Source: Eledone cirrhosa (taxonomy: Eukaryota). Taken from it: DNA of 64,000 nucleotides. Positions within the stretch are counted from its first letter, which is position 1. Each line of letters starts with the position of its first letter. This document shows positions 52,938 to 64,000 of the stretch, one piece after another. A model generated the notes under the pieces. The model saw only the letters and a list, made by a program, of their open reading frames with translations. It was not told the DNA's origin and did not search any database. Both the position numbers and the translations under genes were made by a program. The DNA lies in NCBI GenBank assembly GCA_964016885.1, contig OZ024743.1, positions 168,206,001 to 168,270,000 of the forward strand, given 5' to 3'.

Positions 52938-53922
52938 TCTACCTGCCTATCTATCTAAAATGGGCGACTGGCACATCGAATGTGCTCAGGCGCTCACAGC
53001 CCTCTGGCAGGCGGACTCGGCGATCAGTGGAGATTCCACTTCGTCATTCTATAGAGGGTTGATCCGCAGCAAGTGCGACGACGCGCTTGGTGAAACTCTA
53101 GGCGTAGAGGAAGATGAACTGGCCAGTCTGTTCGGTAGGACCTTCCGCCCGGGACCGATGGACAACTTCCAAAAGTCCCTGGCCTGGCAGTGCTACCGAG
53201 GAGCTCTACCAGTTCGAGACAAGCTCTACAGACATGGACGCCCGGGCAGGGACCCTGCAAAAAAGATCTGTCCGAGGTGCGTGCGAGACGAAGAAACCGT
53301 CGCGCACGCATTCATACACTGCCCGGGCGTCACTGACCAGTGGGGCTATGTAGAACGACTATTGTCGCGGGTGGGACCAATCCGGTTTACCACCGAGTCC
53401 ATTGTCATGATCAAACCGCCACCCTCCTTCAAAAACGAAGGAGATACGGTTTTCCTTTGTGTGATAGCTATGGCGAAAGAGGTTGTATGGTGGACAAGGT
53501 TGAAAGGGCTGAGGTCAGACACCTTTCTCTCCCGCCAACAACTGATTCTTTTTTTCAAATACCACTTTGGAAGAAGAATCAGGATGGAAAGAGAGGTGCT
53601 GTACCCCAGCAAGTTTTATGAAAGGTGGGTGAAAGTGGCGAGAATGGCCCGAGTGAATGGGCCTTCTCTCTATATCAGCCTGTAGGTTGAGGAAAAGGAG
53701 GAGGAGAGGAAAGGAGTACAAACTCTTCGTACTCCTGCAGATGAGGGTTGCACATTTTTTCGGGGCTATGTGTTACCCATATGAACTGTCTCCCCTATTG
53801 GGGAAAATAGACTAATTTTTTAAATTGCATTTGTGATAATATTTTACACGTTTTTATTGTATGTGAACTTCCTCCTTTGTATTTGTCCCCTTCTTTTGTG
53901 CCCCTGTGGCTAATAAAGAAAC
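52938..53922 (+). mobile_element. L1/Tx1-like LINE 3' part (zf-RVT-type CCHC) in (ATCT)n
   Basis: Open frame to 53685: AWQCYRGALPVRDKL, CPRC..EETVAHAFIHC; ends AATAAAGAAAC-ATATCTATCT. Confidence 0.92.
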
Positions 53923-54342
53923 ATATCTATCTAATCTCTCTCTGTTCTTTCTTTATCATCTATAGCATTCCTCATATCTCTTCCTATTTCGACTTATTAA
54001 TTTTCATGTCTTTGAGTTTTATTTGTTTCCCTATTAATTTACTCACCTCTCCAGTCTTCCCCGATTTCATATCTCCTAATATCTTTGGATACTATGCACA
54101 TAGCACTTGGCCTGTCACTCTCTTTTCAGTCCATAATTGGAGCGGATTGTTATTTCTACAAATACTGCGCTAAGCTGTATTTGTTATCAAGCAGGTCGAA
54201 ATTTCTCCATATTCGTGAAGTTCAATAACGCACGGAAAAACATCAACCAGTACGCTGTCGACACGTCATAGATTTGTAACGTTCCGTTATCGAACTGCCT
54301 CTGTCAATGCATGCTTTCATGTGCACGTGTATGTATGTATGT

Positions 54343-57300
54343 TCTTCTGGTTTTATAATTTCATAAAGTTTTACCAATAGAGATAGAGTCGGTTTCTAAT
54401 ATAGACACAAGACTCCCTCATTGGAATTTACACAACATCAACTAGGTAGATATGTATGTATGTCTGCATGCATGCATGTGTAGTTATGGATGTTATTGTA
54501 TGTGTGGATGTGGATGTTTTGAGTTGTATGTGTGCATGTGTATATGCTTTGTATCTGTACATGTGTATATGCAGTTATTAGATGCAAAATTTTTGGAATG
54601 TTTTACATATTTTTACTGTTCCATTAATGGATTGTACTTGTAATTTCCTAACTAGTTGTGTTCTTTCTGTTCCTGTGAAGCCTAGCTTCTCAAGATTTGT
54701 ATTGAGGCAGTTACTAACATATCCCAGTGCCCCAATAATCACAGGCATAAATCTGAAGGTGTAATCAGGGTGGAGTATCTGCAGATTTCTCATCAGTTCT
54801 GCATAAATATTCTCCTTTTCACTAATCTTTGATATTATATTGGCATCTGCTGGGCAGCTAATTTCCACTACTGTGCATGTTTTCTTCTCCCTGTCCCATA
54901 TCATAATATCTGGTCTGTTATGCCTGCATTTTATTGGGGTTTTTACTGGAACATTCCACCAGTACTCTTTCATATTATGTACATGGATGTCTTCCACGTT
55001 GTTGTAGCTTTTAATGTGTTTATTATCGGGGCTATCTTTTTTACGAACTGCATTGTATAGTGTTTTGGCCACTACATCATGCCTCATAAGTAGATAGTAC
55101 CGCGATGACATCTTTGGGCAGCTGCTGATGACATGGGTGATATCCTCGATGTTAGTTCTGCAGAGTCTGCACTTGTTATCACATCTAGGTGTTTTGCCTG
55201 CATCCCTCTCTCTTTTGTGAATCAGGTATTTCATGCTAATCTCCTGTTCTTGGATTGCAAGAGCGTATCCTTCAAAGTGGGAGCCAATATAGCGGTTGTT
55301 GGTCCAAGATAGACTACTTTCCTTATCTATATTACTCTTACTCTTACTGGAAACATATCCATGCATGATTTTTTGCTGATAGGCATGCAGTTTTTCATCC
55401 ATGGATTCACTGCGATACTGCTGAGCGACATCCCTGGGTGTGAGTTTTTGATTATCACACAGGTAATATCTCTCAAGGAGTTCCTTCCCAACTCTCATGA
55501 TCTTATCTGTTTCATGCAGATAGACTTGCTCGAGAAGCGGGCTCCTACGCTTCGAGGTTCGTAGATGTTGTCGGAGAGATATGATGCGACATTTAAATGT
55601 TGTCTGGACTGATGTTAGGCCTCTGATGTTAGCCACTGTTTAGTTTTGCGCAGAGAGTTCCGATGACCAGATCTTTCTTAATCGGGTGTAGTATTCCCTG
55701 GTTACGCGTTCTTATTTACATATACCATTATAGGATATGTTCTTATCTATCCCCAGGTATCTGTAGCAGACCTCATCAGATATCGGTGAAACAGTTAGAC
55801 CATTGATGACAATGTTGCTAGATTGGGTTGTTGTTTTCCCCCGCTTTACAGTCATGTATGAGCATTTATCTTGGCCACACTCCATTCCTATATCCTTTAT
55901 CCCATTCCTATATCCCATTCCTATATCCTTTCTTTCCAGCTTCTTGTTCATCTGTGATGATGTTATTATTTTCACAGTGATCTTGGAGGAATAGGTTGAG
56001 GCAGGCTGTATACACCTTCTACATCAGGTTCTGGCATGCAATGGGTCGGTAGTTTTTTGCCAAGTGGGTGTCTTTGTTTTGGGGGGACCAGTAACGTTTG
56101 TGCTAATGTCAACTATTCTGGTATAAGTGTATCTCCCTTAAGAACTTGTTGGTAGAGGTCAGTAAGATACCTCCGATAGAATATTAGTGTTTTGTACCAG
56201 TAGCCGACAATCATGTCTCTTCCTGGTGTTTTCTTATCTTGGAGTTTTCCTATCACAGTCTCAAGGGTACCCTCACTTATTTCGTATGTTTTTGTTGTAG
56301 TGTAGGAGCAATAGTTCTTTCGGATTTCTCTTAGCCACACTGCATCTTGGTTGAAATTCTTCTTTTCACCCCATATTTTTCTCCAAAAGGAATCTATGTC
56401 TTATGCCTCAGTGACACTTATTATTTTGCCCTTCATATCTCTATAGACTGATGTTTGGTTTCTTCTGAATCTTTTATTAAGCACTTTTCTCTCATCTACC
56501 TTCTTCAGGCATCGGCGTTTTTCGCTAACAGCTCTCAATTCTTGTTTGAGGGTGATCAGCTTATATTGGAGAGTTCTGGTTCTACTGTTACCAAACATCG
56601 TCTCTATTTTATTTTTCACTCTTTGTTGGTGAGGAGTGAGGTTTTTTTGTGTTTGTTTGCATGTAAGGAGCATTGTCACATATCCTATGTTTTTTCGTAG
56701 GTCAGCACTCTTTTTTTCTATTTTAGTTATATATGATGGTATCTTTGGTGGTGTTTTGTTCTTGTTAATATCTCTACTATCACCAAGATAATGCTTCACT
56801 GTCGTTGCTAGAGCATATAAACAGGCGTTGATTTGCCAAAATGTTGGGGTTTTTATCCGTCGTAAATATTCATCCCCTATTTCGTCAATAACACGTAGTA
56901 TTTCATTATTTGGTTTTTTATTCACCATTGTCGTTTTCACACGTTCAGCAAGAGAGATATTTATACATGAGTTAATTTCTCTCTGGAAGATTTCGTTGAG
57001 GGAAATTTTCATTTTTTTATACTTTTGATTATCATTATCGATAGTATTTTCCACAACAGTCGAGGTAGACTCGGATGGTACACTTGGTGTCACATTTATT
57101 CGATTATTATTATTATCGATAGCGTTTTCCCCAGCATTCGAGGTAGACTTAGATGGTACAGGTGGTGTCAAGTTTCTTACATGCATAGTTGTTTCAAGGA
57201 GCTGTTCGACCTGGCTGCTAGGAAGTCTAGTAGCATGGCGACCTGTACCACGTGTTGTTGATTCCATGTTTGTTGTTGGGGACTTACAATTAATAATATT

Positions 57301-57820
57301 TATCTTATTTTTACGTTCAACAAACGTCGCTTGTTGGCGTAATTGTTTCGCTGTGAAATAATTTAGCTTTGGGTGCATTTCGTCCCAGTGTAGCTACATT
57401 CTATTCATATAGCCAATGGAGAGATTGTTTTTTGCCATTTTATAACAATTAAATAAATCATTATTAAGTTCGCAACTCCAAGAGAAATGCGATTTATAAT
57501 TTCGGTTTCTCCTGTAGCTACAACTGAATAAAGTTTGATTACCTTCTTTGTTATTTGTCTTCGATACTTCCTTAATTTTCTTGTTGATGTTGTGTTCAGC
57601 CATGCTGTTTGTAGCAAATCCTTGTAAAATGAATTATGTATTTAGTCGGATATCGCTACGAATTCGAATAAAAGGTGTCTTCAGAAAGGATAGTTAGAAT
57701 AATAACCAGTTATTCAACCTGACTGTAGTTGTGGCGTTACTGTCGGAGATATTATTCATCTTAAATTTAATAAATAGTCTCCCACGCCAAAATATGCGAC
57801 TGATCGCGTTGACTGTCTTT
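54343..57820 (-). mobile_element. R4/Dong-like LINE family D, both ends apparently present, RT core deleted, in (TACA)n
   Basis: ORFs 57394-57603, 56401-57378 and 54578-55636 (CRLC..HVISSC, RHD, RPDIMIWD, EISCP). Central RT motifs are missing near 55900-55940; (ATGT)n at both ends. Confidence 0.9.
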
Positions 57821-57899
57821 ATGTATGTATGTAAGTATGTATGTATGTATGTATGTATGTATGTATGTATGTATGTATGTATGTATGTATGTATGTAGT

Positions 57900-58150
57900 G
57901 ACTTTGCTCACTATAAAAGCTTCACGGCACATGTATTGCTTTATATCTGGAGATCTCTCTGCACTTGTCATCACATGGTACCATGGGCCCAGCACTATGT
58001 GTCAATAATTGTCACAAGTGTAGTGTTTGTACCAGAGTTTTCAAGTCGCTGGCTGAAACTAATAAGTCACACTTGTTCAGCGCATCGGTAGGGGTTCTCC
58101 TACATGGATATAAAGTAGTGGCCGTACTCGAAAACGAGTTGGCAGTCACC
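57900..58150 (+). mobile_element. Probable RTE/BovB-like LINE 3' tail
   Basis: CSVCTRVFKSLA..LISH..SAH (frameshifted C2H2-like end), then the hairpin CTCG-AAAA-CGAG; flanked by (ATGT)n. Confidence 0.5.
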
Positions 58151-58275
58151 ATGTATGTATGTAAGTATGTAAGTGATCGCGTGTTTGTGTAGGATTGATG
58201 AGTTTCTTCTATTCGTGAATGGAGGTGTTTGACATATACTCAGCTCATACATCGATTCTCTCCAGCACTCCACTC

Positions 58276-58319
<44 letters not shown>

Positions 58320-58351
58320 CCTATCTATCTATCTATCTATCTATCTATCTC

Positions 58352-60170
58352 TTTATCTGCCTGACGCGTGGAACATCGCCGGTAAGCTTTTTTGTTAATT
58401 TCTATGCAAAAAACGAAATAATTCTTTGAAAAAATATAACATTTTGTAGATTAACCCCCAAGCTGAATTGTCAGCTGGGTGGTAATGCCTCTTTGGGGGC
58501 GAACATTTAATTTAAAAATTGTTTTAAAACATCAAATTTTGCCAACTATAAAACATGAATAGCTCGGAAAGAACGTCGAGAGAGAGAAGAGAGGTAGGGA
58601 GGCAGATATTAACGTTATATCTGCTTCTGCTACTATGGACGTCGCCATAGATACGACTGTCAACAAAGAGAAAAAAATATTACCACTTGAAGATTTTAAA
58701 ATTTCTACCGTCGAAGCGGAGAAAAATAATAACAACACACAGGAAAACACAGGAACTAAACCTATTAACATACATACACACAAAAAAGGCAGCATCAACA
58801 ACTCCGCAGATACATCTACACATACATTTTCAACTCGTCAAGGAACTGAAATTTCCAACACCGAGGCTAACAGCGATAACAACAACAACAACAACAGCAA
58901 CACCACACAAAAAAAATGTCTTTCGCTGAAACAGTGAACAAAAAACAAAATTTTATAAATCTTGACGTCTCCAATGCAAGTGATATGCTCCAGCAAGGGA
59001 GAAAATTTGTAACTTTCGAAGACAAGGGTGGGTTTAGAATTAACTCACCCCTCGAAATAAAAGAGACAGTTCGAAGGACAGTGACCTTTAGGACTGTCTC
59101 CAACACAACGAGAAGGCCGATATTTGTTAGTCAAGCAGATATAGAAGTCACCTTCAAGGAGACTCTAGCAAATATTGACTTTCTCCAACGAGGAAAACAG
59201 TACGGAAGTGTTTCCGTACTGTTTAAAAGCGAGACACTCGCCCATAAACATTCTGTAACACCAATGGTGTCAAAAGCATTCACCTTTTTCCCGACGTACA
59301 TGGAAAAAACGACACAAAAAATAAAAAATAAAAATATACCACCAAAAATTAACATCTTGTGGATCTTGGCTGGCTTCGTGGAGCCCGAGACTGATATGAT
59401 TCTTTCGATACGAAAGTCTATTAGACAAAGGTGGGCGGGTACTGATTTGGAGATTCTGATTCAAATGAGGACGGAGAGAATCTCCCAAATGCCCGAAAAA
59501 GTCGTCATCGAGGACAACAACAAAATAAATATTACGGTGGAGGGTCGAAAACTTCATTGCTTTCGTTGTGGTAGCACAGCACACCTCCTGTCCTTCACAA
59601 ACACACCACAACATCATTAAAAAAGCACTATTACCAACACCAACAGCACCACAAGTACAACAACAGACGGAACGAGCAAACACACCAAAACAAACAGCCA
59701 CTCAACCAACAACAACAGAAAAAACACAGACAACACACCTGAAGAACACAGCCCCACCCCATCCCACTCCATCAAACACTACCACAAACACACACACCGA
59801 AACACCACCACCACACAACATACCCTTACCTGACACTCCTGACGATGATTATTCAACGACAGATGAGGCTGCTTCTTCTTTAAGTGAAGACGAAGAGACT
59901 CGGAAATCTAAAAGACAAACAAAGAGACCACAAAACCCCCGAAACTCCAATCACCAACACCAACACACAACCACAGACACAAACAACAACACAAACAACA
60001 CCACAGTCAAACATCCCCCTACCAGCAAAACTAACACCAACGCCATCTCAAACACAAGCACCCACCATAAAAAGAAAACTCCCGGACGAACAACAAACTA
60101 AAACAACACAACAAAAACACAAACAACAATACGCATACATCAACACAAACAACAAAAGTATAAATATATA
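58352..60170 (+). mobile_element. Tx1-like 5'UTR and ORF1 (frameshifted gag-like protein)
   Basis: ORFs 58635-58937, 58916-59620 and 59568-60101: SFAETV, ITVEGRKLHCFRCGSTAH..C zinc knuckle, T/P-rich tail; begins after (ATCT)n. Confidence 0.7.
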
Positions 60171-60188
60171 TGTCAATCAATTTCTAGT

Positions 60189-60250
<62 letters not shown>

Positions 60251-60918
60251 TTCCCCCTCCTTATCGAGTATGATATACCATTATTAATAATTATTAATTA
60301 ATTCTATCGTGCAATGCCTGGGTGTGAAGATATTTATTTAAGTGAGGAAAGACTGTGCACTGAGCCAATCCCACTCTCTGAGCGACAGTAGCTATAACCC
60401 GAAAAGAAGAAAATATCAGCATCATCGGTAACTACTGAGCCGCAGGTTTTATATCGGAGTTATCCCAGTATCCTGAGCTGCCCTTTCCTAGAAGAATTCC
60501 CTGACAAAGGCTAGGGGTCCTTCATTCCCAGTGATTTAACCGCGTGGTGCATGTGTATATACATATTTACACACTTTCGGGTGGCCGTTGACTCTTATGA
60601 GTTCTTCCGCCCTTATATACATACATGTATATATATGTTATAAAGAGCCGGGAGATGGAGGTCATCTCCCAAAACCCCAATGTGGAGACGGAGGGCAAAA
60701 CATTCGTCAAAGCAGAATCGTTTCCACACCTTAAACTTATAAGGGTTTCTATGGAGACCTATAGTGACCTAAAAAATAAATTTTCACGGGACGTGGGCAA
60801 CCCCTGCCAGAAACCCATCAACCGCGTCCTATTAAAATGTTTCCCCACCCCACCCAACACCCCATCCAGCACCCAAATGGAGATTGAACAACCCGATCTC
60901 CAGGAAACGAAAAGGTAA

Positions 60919-63660
60919 GTGCACCTTTTCGTCCTTTTTCTCCAACTTTTCTTCACCAACGTGGCTAGTTTACGAGTTGGAAGCGTGAATGTACGTGGCC
61001 TAGAGATGTCCTGGAAACAGGGCCAACTTTTAAACGACCTTAGGTCACACGGTATGGATGTGATAGCCATCACCGAGTCCAGGATCCACAACAGGAAGCA
61101 ACTAACCCCCATCTTTGACGACTATCTACACATCTCTCTGTCAGCCAGGAGGTGGAAGGGGAGAGGCTGTCATGTTTCGGAAGAACCTGGACATCGAAGT
61201 ACAGCAAGTACACTTGGACACGGAGGGTAGACTGGTAGTCCTAGACGTGAACAGTATTGGAGGTGGAGCCTTCAGACTGGTGGCCGTTTATGCCCCGACC
61301 GGGTAATCGCAATCACGGCCAGACTTCTTTAAGCGTCTAGGGTTTTTTCTGGGAACATCTCGCTCCTTACATTTAGTGGGGGACTGGAATGGTATCCTAG
61401 ATGCACGATGGGACTATCTGGGAGCATATCCCAGTAGAGGGGGGTGCAACAGCCTCAAAACATTAATCGGCCAATTCCAACTGGCCGATGGGTATCGACT
61501 GGATTTCCCGACTGCACCACTAGATCGTATTTAGATAGGTTCTTCATTAGAGAAAGGGACAAGGAGATGTTAAGCTGTCCACGAATGCACATGGTTACCT
61601 ACTCAGATCACAAATTAGTCATCTGCTTAGTGAACCGTGATAGAATACATAGGCAGGGACCCGGATACTGGAAGCTGAACGTGTCGTCGCCGGCACGTAA
61701 TGCTTACAGTGAACGGATAAGTAGACTAGTCAAGCAACAGTTAACAGGAGCCATCGTCAACAATAGATGGTGGTATTCTCTCAAGAAAGAAATTAGAGTA
61801 GAATCGATAGAGTTTAGCAGAGAGTTAGCCTTAGAGAAAAACAAACAAGAAAGAGAACTAGTAGCCAAGGTAGAGGAGGCACTTAGAAGTGACAACGCGG
61901 CTAGAGTGTTAGCGTCGAGAACTGCACTAGACCAGTTCTTCGATGCTAAACACGAAGACTGCGTGGTCAGAAGCAAAACACGTGCTCTAGGAAACGAAGG
62001 AGCGAAAGCTGTCAGCTGGGCCCGAGTGGCGCAGGCAAAAAGTGGCAACAAGTCCACGATTCGGTCTTTGAAAGACCAAAACGGACGCGTGCTACTTGAC
62101 GCTGAGATACGGGACGCTCTGGGCCACTGCGGGAAACGCAAGTCACCAGGTCTAGATGGTCTACCCTATGAGTTTTACCTAGGCATGCCAGACTTGTTCT
62201 CTGGCGTCCTCGAAGCCGTCTACTGCAATTGGCAGCAGAACGGGAGAATTCCCAGTTCTGCAGGCAAAGGCGTAGTAACGCTGATAAGGAAAGACGAGAA
62301 CAAGGGGGACGAAATTAACAACTTCAGGCCCATAACTCTGCTCAACACAGAATTAAAGATTTTGGCCAAGGTGCTAGCGACGAGGTTGGCGCTTGTCGTC
62401 GAGAACCTGGTAGGTAAAGCGCAAACGTGTGCAATCTCGACCAGGTCCATACACGACAACCTCCACCTCATGCGATACATCATAGAGAGGCTGGGTAGTA
62501 AACCCAGCTTCGGTGGGGCTCTGATCAATTTGGATCAGTCTAATTTTGAAGCGGTTCTCAAGGCGGCCGGTTTCGGTCCCGTTTTCAGAGGCTGGATCGA
62601 GGCGATGCACACCAGCATCTGCTCGAGGGTCAAGGTGAACGGCTACCTATCGGAGCCGTTCGCAATCACGCGTTCCATTCGACAGGGGTGCCCTCACTCC
62701 TCCATTCTGTATGTATTGACTCTAGAGCCACTACTGCGGAAATTGGAGCTGTTGCAGGGCATCCCTCTAGAATCGGGACTGCGCAAAGCGGCGTCGGCTT
62801 ATGCCGACGACGTGACGGTAATGGTGTCGAGCACCTCGGAAATCGGGGTGATCGGCAACTTACTGAAAGAATACGAAACGCTGACGGGAGCAAAACTAAA
62901 CCCGGACAAGCCTGTCGGTTTGCAACTCGGTACGTGGAGAGGCAAAGCGATGACGTCCGACAGCGTCGTTGGACGCTGGACGGATGGACCGGTGAAATTG
63001 CTCAGGGTCTGGTTCGGTCCAGACCTCTAGGTGTAGAAAAACTGGAACGAGGTCACGGCGAAGGTGTTTGCGCTCACCCAGAAGTGGGCAGAGTGCAAAC
63101 TGTCCTCGAAAGATCGAGCGGAGGTGGCGAACACTTTCATAGCGTCCGTCATCTACTACCGCTTGACTGTCGTGCCTTGTCCCCGTGAACACCTCGCCAA
63201 GATGGAACGCATGCTCTTCCAGTTTCTGTGGAAGAAGCAGGCTCCGCTGGCGAGGAGATTCATCTGCTGCCAGAACCCTTCCAACAGAGGGCTGGGAATA
63301 CCGTGGCTGACGATGCGCAAACAGGGGCTGAGGCTGCAGCATCTCCAGGTATTCCTCACCGACCCCCAACCGGTGTGGGCACCGTTTGTGAGACAGGCTT
63401 TCCCACAGCTCGTCTCGTGCACGGAGCTGCAGTCCTGGGTCAAGAAAAAGACCGAAAACGATGGGCGCCTGGCACATTGAATGCGCTCAGGCGCTCACAG
63501 TCCTCTGGCAAGAGGGCGCAGCAATCAGTGGAGACTCCAGTTCGACATTCTATAGAGGGATTGTAAGTTACAAGGGCGACGACGTGCTCGGAGAGACTCT
63601 GGGCGTCGAAGACGATGAGCTCACCAGTCTGTTTGGTAGGATTTTTCGCCCGTGACCTAT
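60919..63660 (+). mobile_element. L1/Tx1-like ORF2 (APE endonuclease + RT), degenerate, 3'-truncated
   Basis: GSVNVRGL, AITES, VYAP, GDWN, SDH, KSPGLDGLP, FRPITLLN, IRQGCP.S, YADD. Confidence 0.95.
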
Positions 63661-63666
63661 TGACAC

Positions 63667-63789
63667 CTTCAGGTTCATAATGTGTGGTGACAGTCAAGTT
63701 TGCAATTTTGAAATGTTGAAAATTGCAAACTTGACTGACACCACACATTATGAACCTGAAGATTGCGAAAGCATAAAAGTACTTGTTCA
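63667..63789 (+). ncRNA. Fold-back (63667-63761) ending in a mutated hammerhead (63751-63789)
   Basis: TGAAC-CTGAAGA-TTGC(gaaa)GCAT-AAAA(GAAA expected)-GTAC-TT-GTTCA. Confidence 0.65.
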
Positions 63790-63941
63790 ATTAACACTTA
63801 ACATTTAATATTCCACCATACTATTTCATTCTAATACCATTATAAATGTTAAAGGATTGTAAATAAAACGAGTAAATCAGACAAATTTGGAATTCCTTTT
63901 ATTTATATAATCTTCTATACACACTCATACACACCCGTGTA

Positions 63942-64000
<59 letters not shown>

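Overview
AT-rich, microsatellite-saturated eukaryotic DNA made almost entirely of mobile-element debris. The SINE and LINE repertoire resembles an octopod cephalopod (inference from recalled repeat families, not verified). No intact host gene is supported, and most supplied ORFs are microsatellite or antisense artefacts. Recognisable content: (i) decayed Penelope-like elements (PLEs) with direct or inverted pseudo-LTRs; (ii) R4/Dong-like RLE LINEs stacked head-to-tail in (TAA)n and, separately, in (TACA)n; (iii) L1/Tx1-like LINEs ending in (ATT)n or (ATCT)n; (iv) RTE and CRE fragments, about ten tRNA-type SINEs, a non-autonomous Helitron and a TTAA-flanked MITE. The main signal the ORF track misses is about 16 minimal type I hammerhead ribozyme motifs (CUGANGA-stem II-GAAA-short, often palindromic helix III-UH) from roughly 9 sequence families. 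Most sit in fold-back (inverted-repeat) modules of 0.1-2.6 kb next to (TA)n tracts. They include a 2.6-kb palindrome with a hammerhead on each strand and a 106-bp hammerhead-only insertion with a 17-bp target-site duplication. All alignments and folds were done by eye, so boundaries are approximate.
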